From: Azolla caroliniana
Lineage: Eukaryota; Plantae; Polypodiophyta
Reading direction: 5' to 3'
NCBI GenBank assembly: GCA_043228905.1
Contig: JBHGNT010000006.1
Coordinates: 2,976,001 to 3,040,000, forward strand
Length of the DNA: 64,000 nt
The position numbers and the translations under genes are program-made. This document shows, piece by piece, positions 26,001 through 43,896 of this stretch; the first letter of the stretch is position 1; every line of letters begins with the position of its first letter. A model generated the notes under the pieces. That model ran no database searches. It saw nothing but the letters and a program-made list of their open reading frames with translations, and was not told where the DNA came from.

Positions 26001-28572
26001 AAGTCCCTTACATCCAAAATCGTTTTCTAAATGTATCACATCTTAAACTTGAGCATAATATATGAAATCATTTACATTTTCTCACAGAATTTAATGCCAT
26101 TTAGCATCACATGCATTAAAAGTAGAAAAAATAAATTGCTATGTTAGAGATTCGTTGTATTTGAATATAGTCTTAGAATGCTTTGTAGGTTGTACCTACT
26201 AAATCATGGGTTTTGTTGCTCTTTGACAACTAAATAAACCAAAGAATAACATGATGTCTATTTCTTATTGAAGGCACGGTGTCAAACAAATCTTATCAGC
26301 ATGGGCAGATGGACCAGCTTATGTAACGCAATGCCCAATCCAGACAGGCACCACATTCACATATAAATTTAGAGTTGTGGAACAAAGGGGGACTTTGTTT
26401 TGGCATGCACACATTAGTTGGCTAAGGTCGACATTGCATGGCGCATTCATCATTCATCCAAAGAAACCCAACTTCTCTCCCTATGTACCTCCTAATGCTG
26501 AGGAGAAAATCATCATCCTAGGTGTGTATGGACTTGTAGTAATACTCACTCATACATGTTAGTGAATAATTTCTAACAAATTAACTTGAAATATTTTCAT
26601 AGGGGATTGGTGGAACATAGATACCGAGGAGGTGATAAAACGGGCAATAGCAGCAGGAGGACGTTACAACGCATCAGATGCATATACAATAAATGGGCAA
26701 CCAGGCCCATTGTACAATTGCTCATTGGAAGGTGAGTTGGAGAAGTGTGTAAAAGATAATTTATACAATTTTATGTAGCACAATCAAATGTAGACATATT
26801 GATGCATGCGTTTTTTGCTTGATGAATAACTTACGGATCTAGAAATGCGAAAGTTTATCAATATGCAATGCAAAAGAATGACGACATACAAAATGATATG
26901 CTATATTATCCAAATAGTCTTCTTGTGGAAGGGAATGTACATAAATTTATCTCTTGAAATAAAACTAAGAACAAATTCCTTTTTATGAGGATTTGTTATT
27001 AGAAAAGAGTGCACCACCCATTGTGGAAAACTCCAATATGTAGGTGACGTGCAAAACAACGACAACTTTAAAGTCTATGATTGTTGAACTCTGGCAATAT
27101 CGCATACCCAATTGTGGGACACAAAAATAGACATGAATATTATTTAAACTTGAACCACCCCCCATCCCCTTGTTACCACATGATCTACAACAACCAATGT
27201 TTGGTAGACTTTTGTAATGACTAAGTTCCATGGACATCTTTCGGGCAGGTACTCCCGTCTTCCACGTCCAGAGGGGTCGTACGTATCTCCTTCGGATCAT
27301 CAATGCAGCCCTCAATGCCCAATACTACTTTGCAATCGCCAACCACACCCTCACAGTTGTCGAGCACGACGCAGAGTATCTCCAACCTTTTGAGACCGAC
27401 GTATTGCTCATTTCCTCTGGACAAACCTTCAACGTGCTCATAACAGCCAACAAGAAGCCCGGGAGCTACGCTGTGGCTGCAAGCATCTACCAACCCCAAG
27501 CAAGGATACGGCTCACGACATTGACTCCGGCCACAGCGGTCCTATACTACAAGAACTCAGGTGCGGTGAACACGAGTGTGAACACGAGCGCGGTGCCGTT
27601 GCCATCATTCCCCGCGTACACAAACTCGACATTTGAGAATGAATTTGGGGAGAGGCTTAGGAGCTTGCCAGGGGCGTATGTTGTCCCAAAGACGGTCGAC
27701 GAGGACCTTCTCTTCACGGTCGGGTATGCGCTCCAGAACTGTACTGATTGCGTCCAGTTGACCACGGGGATTCGGATGGGCGCGGCCATTAGCAACTACG
27801 GGTTCGTGCATCCCACCTCGTCCTCTATCCTACAAGCCTTTTACAACAACATATCGGGTGTGTATGAAACCGATTTCCCTGATGTCCCGGAGGTGCAATA
27901 CAACTATACCTCCAATTTCACGAACTTTGCGAAAATGGCCACCAAGGTTAAGGTCCTCGAGTATGGAGCCAATGTCCAGCTCGTCCTACAAGACACTGGA
28001 ACACTCTTCTTCGAGAGCCACCCCATGCACCTTCATGGTCAAAACTTCTTCGTCGTGGGATATGGTGTTGGAACCTACAACAATTTGACTGATCCCGCCA
28101 AGTTTAACCTCGTCGACCCCCCCTCCGTCAATACCGTCGCAGTTCCTTTTGGCGGTTGGGTCGCCATTCGTTTCCAAGCTAATAACCCTGGTAAGCTCTC
28201 TAAATTTTAATTGCGCTCCCTAAATTACCCTCATCCCAACCTTCAAATCACACATATTTTGATGGAATCATTCCTCTCTAAAGATCTTGAACTAATGAAA
28301 ATCCTAATTCACATGAACATTTGTCAAGTTAACTAGTAAGAGTTACAAGTTTGCCATAAAAGAGTTAAGTATCCCTTGTCCTCTTGCCTTGCTTAATGTA
28401 GTGTGCTTATATTGTATTCTTTTGATGTGTGTTGTATGTAGGTGTTTGGTTTCTCCATTGCCACATTGAAATCCATATATCACTTGGCATGGGCATGGCA
28501 TTCATCACCAAGAATGGGAATCAACCTGGCCAAATTCTAGGCCCTCCACCTGCCGATCTTCCGCATTGCTAG
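23082..28572 (+). CDS. LAC: Laccase (multicopper oxidase), 6 exons
   Basis: Exons 23082-23195, 23750-23901, 26274-26521, 26603-26731, 27249-28190, 28442-28572, all GT-AG and in frame. Signal peptide; motifs [27 protein letters not shown]; C-terminal PPPADLPHC. Confidence 0.95.
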
Positions 28573-29431
28573 TTTTGTTGATATCCTATAACTCATCATG
28601 ATTCACATGTAATTGGATCGTAATTCCATGGACAAGTTGTTGTAAGATCAACGGTTGAGAATCTTATGAATGAATGAATAAGTAAATATTTGAATTGTAT
28701 TGTTTTGTATAATTCATTCAAAACAACAAAATTACATTTCGCAAGTATTTGACGCATACGATTGGTGTTCATGAAATTTTGATCAAGAAGTAGAAAGGAA
28801 ACATGAATGATACCACAATGGTTTGCAATATGGGCTACCACAATGTGAATTAATGATGCACAAGATTTTGGATGAGACAAACACTTTCAACCCTTTTGAG
28901 AGGACAAAATGCCCATTAGGTGATGTTTATTTGGTTATAAAACCTATCTACTTCAAATTTGTCTAATAAAATGTGAAAATTTTAAGTGTGAATTAACCAC
29001 ATATACATACAAATATATATAAATAAGATTGAAATGATAGAGAGCATACCAATTGAATCGAAAATAATATTTGTTATAGACCATAATAGTGATAAGCATC
29101 AACATATGGGTTCCAATGTATTAAGTTAATGTGCACATTCCTAGAGGTATACTAAACTCTACAAACTTTCTAGGCAAGTTTCTCACACGTCTCTAAAGCG
29201 TTGGTAATGAATTCATATTTAGGTAGACAAATAGCCGAGTCAAAGAAACCATTTGGCAATATCTAAAGGTTGTACGATGAATGATTATGATTTTAAAGTA
29301 TTATATGTAATAGAGCATTCATGACTCACATTTTTATTTGAAGTTCAAATATTTGAGTTTCCATCTAGGGGCCAACCCAACTTACACATTGGAATGTTGC
29401 ACTTCCAACGGTCACTACTGAATCACAAGGG

Positions 29432-29655
29432 GTCACCTTCCTCCTAGTGGGTTAATTGAGGGATTAGGGGGCATCACTCTCCAATGACAAAGACCACGTT
29501 CTATGTCACCTTCCTCACAATGGGTTAATCGAGGGATTAGGGGGCATCACTCTCCAATGACAAAGACCACGTTCTATGTCACCTTCCTCACAATGCGTTA
29601 ATCGAGGGATTAGGGGGCATCACTCTCCAATGACAAAGACCACATTCTACGTCAA
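29432..29655. repeat. Tandem repeat, 73-bp unit x3
   Basis: tgggttaatcgagggattagggggcatcactctccaatgacaaagaccacgttctatgtcaccttcctcacaa recurs at 29448, 29521 and 29594. Confidence 0.9.
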
Positions 29656-30301
29656 CATATAAAATCGTTGATCTCTCCACTCCATGCAATTGTGGACATC
29701 TCTAAGTCTTTTGAAGTTAAACTAAATTTAACACACACTTAATCACTACAACGATTAAGAAATATGTTTGCTTATTAAGTAAAAGGCATGTATATTGTGG
29801 TGCACCTTTGTGCCACCTTTTTAGTGAGCGCAGGACTTCATGCATGTATGCATGCATTAGTTGGTAACCAAACCCACCCAAATTAAGTAGGAGGGAAGGA
29901 GCAAGACAAACTAGTTTTGATCCTCTCTATGCTCATTTCACAATATCTCCATTAATTAATGTCAAAAAATTGGGAAAAGCGGCTCTTCAATGCCCTGTTT
30001 TACATTAGAGCTCTAGCCTTGGTTACAAACCCTAAAGGGTGCCTTTCAAATGATAAGCTCTTTAGGCATTGGCCATTGTTATCTCGTAAATGATAGCTTT
30101 CCATATATTATGATATGAGCATGCTAGCAAAAGGTAGGTAGGAAACTATTGGCATTATGTGGGTTGAGAAGTGTGGACTTGGGTCCTTGACCCGCGGCAT
30201 CTACTCTTTACCGGGGGTTAGTTCAAGTGCCTCGCCTTCTCCAAGCAGCACTTGACTATAGTTTGTGTGTGTGAACATCACCTTCCAGGACACTTGAAAA
30301 A

Positions 30302-30333
<32 letters not shown>

Positions 30334-30499
30334 AACAGAAGGAAACAAACTGCAAATTCTTCACTCTCTGTTCAGGTAAGAATTTTGTTGTAATTTTTTT
30401 TTTCTTTTTCTAACCAAGAAAAAATTAAAGTGACTTATATAAAAAGTTAAAGTGCAATGGAATTGCAGAAGGAAGTTCATGCTGGAAAACTTTAATGTT

Positions 30500-30519
30500 T
30501 AATTTAGGAACAGAGCAAA

Positions 30520-30556
<37 letters not shown>

Positions 30557-30730
30557 TTGCAACCCTAATGTTTTAGTTTAGGAACAGAGTAAATCTGTAT
30601 ATATATATATATATATATATATACTTGCAACCCTAATGTTTTAGTTTAGGAACAGAGAAAATCTGTATGTATATATTTTCTTTCCTGGAAACCCTAATGT
30701 TTAATTAGGAACAGCATAAATCTGTATGTA
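30500..30730. repeat. Four-unit tandem repeat with variable (TA)n in the BLOS1 5'-UTR intron
   Basis: ttaggaacagag.aaatctgta(ta)n...aaccctaatgttt repeated about 4 times. Confidence 0.8.
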
Positions 30731-30775
30731 TATGTAAGAGGTATTTCACTTCTCGCATCTCGTATGCCAGGTGAT

Positions 30776-33073
30776 ATGGTCGGGTTAGAATCATCTCTCA
30801 CTACCATGATGCAGGAGCATTCCCGTCGCACCATGCATCTGAAAGAACGTTCTGGTATGTTTTTTTTTCTTGTTTTTGTATATAAATGAGATGATTTTTA
30901 CTCTGAAATACCCTGACCCTCTCAATCAGTTTTCTATTATTTCTCTGGATACCCCATCAGTTGTTGTTATTTTCCATGATGAGCGTGGTCTAATTCCAGG
31001 AAGCAAGAACACAGTATGTTTATTTGTTTGCATGAAATTAAGAAACACAATATGAAATGCTCCAGTGTTTTCCATCATTTCCTGAATGCCTCTTGGTTGT
31101 CATTAATTTCCCTCAATACCCTTGGTCAACCCCTGGAAAGAGAGAACAAGGTGATGAATTGACCTTATATTTGTTCAAGTAGCACATATAATTGAGAAAA
31201 AAGGGGATGCATTGACAATATTTTAGATTAAATAGCTATTACAGCTGCACTTTTGTGGGCTGACCGTGGACTTTTGACGACATAAAGGAAAATTCATGGT
31301 TATTTCTGACTAGACTTCCCTAGAAATTCATATTAGCTGAATTTTACTTCCTTTGATTATGTATGCACATTACATATGTTTTTCATTCTGTGCATATACA
31401 TATGTCATACATATACATTATATGCATTATGTCATACTATGATAAGGTAGGGTACTTGAACACTTGGATAAATACACATGTGATGCTTGTAATTTTGCAT
31501 GGATGATATAGCAAATTCTTGTTGTAGGAAATGATATAGCAAATTCTTTATTCAAGTATGACCATCGATTGTTTGATCATAGTATATTGAGTTCTTGCTT
31601 CTGAAGAAGTATTGTTAGCCACAATTACATAAAAAGGATATAAAAGTATTCTCCATTGAACACCATGGTAATTAAAACAAATGGTATCTTTGTAGCATGG
31701 AATGATGTTTCACGAATTCAATCTTCTGTTGTGGAGGATGATGGCATTACAACTTATTTATTCAACATGTATTCAGCTATCTTTTTGCCTGTTGTTTTTG
31801 TTGCATCCAATGAGGTGCTGTTGACCATCGCTATGGAAAAATGGCATTGCAAACTTTTGTTTATCAGGTCATGGGACTGTCCTATTACTATAAAACAAAA
31901 GCGTGGAAAAACTTGTATCCAACCCTATTATTGGGCTAGCTCTCTAGGTGATATAAAAACGAATTCGGGTGAAAAATTTAGAATGGATGCTGAAGTCAAA
32001 ATAAAAAAATAGTTTGAATTTTCATGTTTCAAAATGCATCATCTTTAACTGAATGACTGGGAATATATTGATTGAAGAATTTGTTGATTGAAAAAATAGT
32101 TAAGGCAAAGAAAGAGGCACTATCAGCAGCGAACCTTGTCTCGGGACTAATGGTGGATGCTTTAAATGGGGATGTTCAGAAGTCATTTCAAACAGAGAAG
32201 AGAATAGCACTTGAAGCCCAGGCTCTAACTGTGACTGTTCAACGGTTTGTTAAACAAACCAACCAATGGCTTACAATGGTCAATGCCTTTGACATGGCCT
32301 TGAAGGCAAGTTAAACCCAACAAGATTTATCTCATTATGAAGCATATATCTGTGTATGTGTGTGTGTATGGATGTGGTTGTTTTTCTCCATGTAAGGTCT
32401 CATTAAAGAGAGTGTATCATTTATACTTCTTGCTCTATAACTTTATTGTGCATGCCTTCAGAGGGAAAATTTTAATTCATCTTCTTTTCCTTTTCCATCT
32501 CTACTTCATATTCAAAAGACTCATTGCTTGTGTGATGGATACATCATATTCAATACAGTGAGTTGGAATCCTACATCATATTCATCATATCAACTCGCAT
32601 AAAAAGAACCTGAAATAATTTTAAACTGTCAAAATTAGTGGATGGATAAATGTAGAAATGGAGGATCAGAGATGGCATTCCATTAAAGTATGTAGTATAT
32701 ATGATGTGTCACACAAATAACAAGTAGAGATGCAAGCACTTTCTTGGGAAATGAAGATAGATTTTGTAATGAAGTCCTGACTGAACCTCACACTTGAAAG
32801 CTATAGAGAGTTAGTGAACTCTAATATTTATATTAAACTCCTAACTGGGAGAAAAATATTTCTCCTTTGGCTGCACTGAGGGAGAAATATTAGAGTTGAC
32901 TTACGGGATATGATTGTGAGAACATCTAGAGTGAGAAATAACATTGCTCATTTTTTCTTCAGGAAATAGGGGATTTTGAGAATTGGATCAAAGTTATGGA
33001 GTATGACTGTGAGAACATTGCAAATGCTGTACGCCATGTTTCTCTTATTACTGGGCGATCATCATTTATTTAA
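30776..33073 (+). CDS. BLOS1: Biogenesis of lysosome-related organelles complex 1 subunit 1 (BLOS1/GCN5L1)
   Basis: Coding exons 30776-30854, 32100-32305, 32963-33073, giving MVGLESSLTTMMQEH...EKRIALEAQAL...RFVKQTNQWL...KEIGDFENWIKVMEYDC. Probable 5'-UTR intron 30376-30770. The second coding intron is GC-AG. Confidence 0.9.
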
Positions 33074-34945
33074 AGGCTACAAATATTTTACATTAAAGAG
33101 AGTTTAGAACCTGATCACTTTATCGTATACATTCACCTTTAACATATTATTTTATTTACAATCTGTTGACCAAATCGGTGATTGTGTGCCCTTGGCATGC
33201 CATATTTAATTCAAGAGTTCCATTTCATAATCATTGTCAATGTTGAAGATATGTGGTTTGTGAAGGCACTATATATTATTTCAGCTGAGACTACAAAAGA
33301 AGGGCAATAGGAGAAGATGATGGCAGAAAAAAATGAAGTGAACTCTTCCAATGTTATGGCAGAACAAAGGCATGGGACATCAACCTGTGCTAGCAGAGGA
33401 TATTGAAATTTCATAACGTATTTATAGTCATCAACATTATTGATAATTTGAAATTTGTATTTAGAGTATCCACAATGTAACCAATTCATTAACATAACAT
33501 CTGATCTTGCCCTTCTTGATTGTATGCGTATTACAGTCTACAGTTCTTGGTGTTCTTACTGATATTATTCCACAACTTACAAGGAGGATATTTTACAGGC
33601 TTATATTAAAAAAGGAATTAAGGAGATTCAATCAATGTGTAGATGGCTCTCTCTTGAAATGGAACTGATAAAATTCTGGGCCAGATATGACAGGAATGTC
33701 TAATAATGCATACTCAGAGGACAGGAACTGCTGGATCACCATAGTTTGATGGATGGCGAAGGGATCATGGTAGAACCTTCTCCGCTCCAGTCAAGGTTCC
33801 ATCAGATTAGCAATTTATAAAATCTACACTAAAATATTTCTCAGTGGGGAAAGGATCCCATTAGGTGTTCCAAATAGCAGTTGATCATCTCATCTTTTTC
33901 CTAATTCCTTGTTTAACTCATGCTCCAATGCTTAAACATTGGAACCCCAATTTGTCTTATTCACTGAAGTTAGTAGCATAGTGCCTCATTCCTAGATTGA
34001 CTAGAGTTGAAGATTTATGAAGTTGTATGGCATTAAAATGCTCTTACCATTAATAGAATGAGCAATAAAAAACCTTTTGGAGTGCAAAAAGTACAACATA
34101 TATACCAAAAACAATACATACTCCACTCACAAGTGCATATTCTCCAAAACTATTCAATGTTCTCTGTGTACTTGACCATCAATTCTGATTCTGGTAGATT
34201 CTTTAGACATGGATCGCCTATCACAGGGCAACATGTTTCAAAATATTCATGAAACATAGAACTGATTCGTGACAAGTCAAAAACCCCAAATTTAATTCAT
34301 GTCTTGCTTTCCATTTTCCAAATTTAAGCCAAATATGTGGTCAGCTGCCCAATGATAACTGTCTTGGGTATGGACTAAGTTAATATAAAAATCAGGGTTC
34401 ATGCAGACCAAGGTTCTATTTAAGTTTTGGTACAAAAACAATGAATGCTTTCTAGTGCTTGTCTCAATAACAATATCCATACCCTAGGCATTTATGTTAT
34501 CAGTGATATCGACATTTAGAATAATGGTATCAATATAAAGAATTTGATGATGTGGATTGTTATGATGGCTAAATTTATTTGTGGTCAAATCTATTCACCA
34601 TAAATACAAGAAACTCTAAAATGGAACAGAGATCTTAGTAGTATACAAGAAACATTTATTTCCCTCTTAAAAATTATACATGATAATGGTGGAGAAATTT
34701 GAAACAGACAATTCTGGAGAGATTACTCCTTTCTTTAGTGAATTTACACGTGTGACAATGTACTAAAGAAGAGGCTTCATTTCCCAGGCATCAATTATAA
34801 CATGAAGCAAAAAAGCCCTAATAATAGAGAATTTGCATGCACTTCTGGATCAAGCAATTACAACAACTTTCACTTGTTATTTGAAAAACCTAATATTTAT
34901 GTAAACTGCAATCATGGAGTAAATAATTGCATTACATTTAGTGTT

Positions 34946-41030
<6,085 letters not shown>

Positions 41031-41517
41031 ACGAGGAAGATTTCTCCAGGGACCATCCACAGGAAAAAGGGAAGAAGGAAGAAGACGAAATTGGAAAATA
41101 TGAAGATGAAGAAGAAGATGATAATGGCAATGAAGATGAAGAAGAAGGACGAAGAAGAGATCTACGAGACAGTGGTGATGATGAGGTGTTTATCAGTCTG
41201 CGATGAAGCTGATGGCAGAGTAGAGATCTGAAAGGCTGTTATGAAGATGATGGTAGAGGAAGGGAAGTAAGAGAAGGAAGGAGAGATCTAACAGCAGGCT
41301 GTGTTGAGCGATGGCGCCATTCCTTCGTTCTTCCTCTGTGTGTGAAGAAGAAGAAGAAGAAGAAGAAGAAGCAGAGAAAGGAGGGAGGGGTATCCAGAGG
41401 AATTAAGAAAAGCCCCCACTTCCTTCCTCTCTCCCATTTTGGGTCCTATTTTGGAGGGGTATCCAAAAGGAATTAAGGAAAGTTTCCCCTTCCTTCCTCC
41501 CCTTTCATGATTCGGTG

Positions 41518-41759
41518 CATAGTACGTAAAATTTGTGATCGTCTAGCATAACATTCGTTTTCCTACGTTGGAAACCGAATGCGAATGTTATTCAAACATT
41601 CTTGTGTTTTTTTTTTGCTTTTTTCCCATTTTTTTAATGTTTTTTTCCCATTTTTTAGGCTTATTTACCTCATTATAAATAGTTAATCCAAAAGTATGGT
41701 ATTTATCATTCTTTGAGGGTGTTTTTCTTACGCGAATGGTACGTATGGTTCATACTATG
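41518..41759. mobile_element. MITE-like element (hAT-type), copy 2
   Basis: TIRs CATAGTACG / CATACTATG; 8-bp flanks ATTCGGTG / ATTGGGTA (6 of 8 identical). Homologous to 9457-9710. Confidence 0.65.
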
Positions 41760-43896
41760 ATTGGGTATACATCCCATTTTGTTGTAACCAATTGTCTCAT
41801 GGGCCAAATTTAGTCTTCGAAATCGTTACTATATCTTTCTTTCTTTCTCAAGTAGCAGTTTTCCAAAATTATTAGAAAACTACCCCACCTCACAAAAAGA
41901 ATGGCCTCCCACTGATGATGGTCTCTCCTGTGGTGTGGTATTAGCATGTGAGGGAAAGCATGGAAGGATGGGAATGGCAAGCACTTGCACCTCCACTCAG
42001 TCATCATCGATGGTTTACATTGTAGCTTTCGAAAAGTCATAACATTTAGAGAACCCAAGTTCAATCCTCGCCATGGCCTAGGCCCCAACGGGAATATACA
42101 GAAAGCAAATGGTTCAACAAACAATCAGCATAACCATCTCTCATTAGTCTCCAAACAATCAGCATAACCATCTCTCTCTCTCTCTCTCTCTCTCAAATTT
42201 GAGAACTCAAACCACATTGTTGGAAAGGATATCATTTCGTAAATATCATAAAGGTGAGATGAAATTGTATAGCACCTAGTTATCATCCACCATCGATCTA
42301 ATTCCTAATTATATGAAAACCACCAGAAAAAAAGTGAAACCTATTATCCACTAGATTTGCCTCACACTCATGACAAGGTGGGGACTCACAATGAAATTGG
42401 AAAAACGAAAGAAAAATGTAACCTCTCATATACTTTACCACCACTTTCTTTACTTTACAAAACCTTCCAAACAACACAATCATATTGTGGTGGAGTCCAT
42501 CTTGGGGACAAATGCTAACAAAAAGTTTTCTTAGACATAAAAAAAAAACAAATAACTCTCTCTCGCTCTCTATTTAGCATATTCTTTTGATTTTTGTTCA
42601 TCAAGTCAAAAGATTGGATTAAACTCTATGGTTTCGTATGGCATTGGATTAAACTCTTATAAGAGTACGATATTGAACGTTCTATTGAGGTAATGTACCC
42701 AACAATGTTAATGCTTGCCATCAAGAGACTTTTGCTCTTTCACTATTATTGAGATAACAAGCACAACCAAACACCCCATGTGTGTAAAATATAAACAATC
42801 TTGTTACAAGTTCATATGAAATATAATAAAACGATTAAGAAGAGAATGCAAGCACATTATGTTGCTCAAGCCTATAATTTTCTTCATTATACAGAATAGA
42901 ATCAATTATGACATGAGCATTTAAACTTAAGCAATCTACCTTAGATCTTCATGTTGGGATATAATTTAATGTGACCATTTTCCATGTATGATTTGTGATG
43001 CAATGTTTAGAATTGTTACCAAGCAAGCAACACAAATATTTCTTTCATAGTCCTCCTTGCAACCCTATTTTTTAACTCAAAACATATGAAACACCAGCAA
43101 ATGAATATAGTAATATAAAATTTGATAGGCCTGCTTGTTATTAGGCTCTTAATAGTATGATCCATAAATAGGCGAAAAATCTGGGCAGAGACTTCCTTCT
43201 GTAGTCATTTAGAGAAAAACCTTAAAAGATCAACCCACACAAAATTCATGTCTTAGTAGTATTTATTCTCAAGATTGGGACTTTATCAAAATATTATAAT
43301 TTCATGATTGCATTACCATCATATCTCTTGCACATAATTAATATCTAATTGCAGTGACAAATTTATATTTTTCTACAAAAAGAAATTTGATGATTAGTTG
43401 GAGCTATTAACTATAAGTATATATGTTTTTACAAAAAATATCAAACTCTTAATGCATCTTACATTCATAATGGAGCAAAGCCCATTTACCTTATGTTGTT
43501 AACATCTTACAGTAAGCCAAAACAAATATCAACACTTATAGAACTTTGACATTGCTTAGATCTTACACTTGTCACATGAGAAGTTAATCAATTATGGAAT
43601 GGAAATTTCTTTACCTAAAATGACGATACTGTACATTAAAAAGTGAATAAGTACTTCTTGGAATGAAAGATTCTCATTAACCATGACTTAATAATAATTC
43701 ATTTTTATTTTGTCACATTTTAGTTGAATGCATTGAAACAAACAAACTAAAACAAGACACAAATTAGGAGTTCAGTTTGATTGAAGCATCATAATTAAAA
43801 ATGGAAAATTTAAGATCCCATAAAATAGCTAGAAATGAATGAATCATTGCCATCATTATGAAATTTTGAGATGCTTTAAGAGCGATTAATTTCACT

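Noticed and set aside
27298-27318. Possible miR397 target site in laccase 1 (CATCAATGCAGCCCTCAATGC)
   Set aside because: Mismatches at miRNA positions 1, 9 and 12 plus a wobble. The resemblance follows from the conserved INAALN coding motif, and the equivalent site in laccase 2 is further degenerate.
29432-29655. CRISPR-like appearance of the tandem arrays (also 59355-59672)
   Set aside because: Units are contiguous with no unique spacers, the context is eukaryotic and there are no cas genes.
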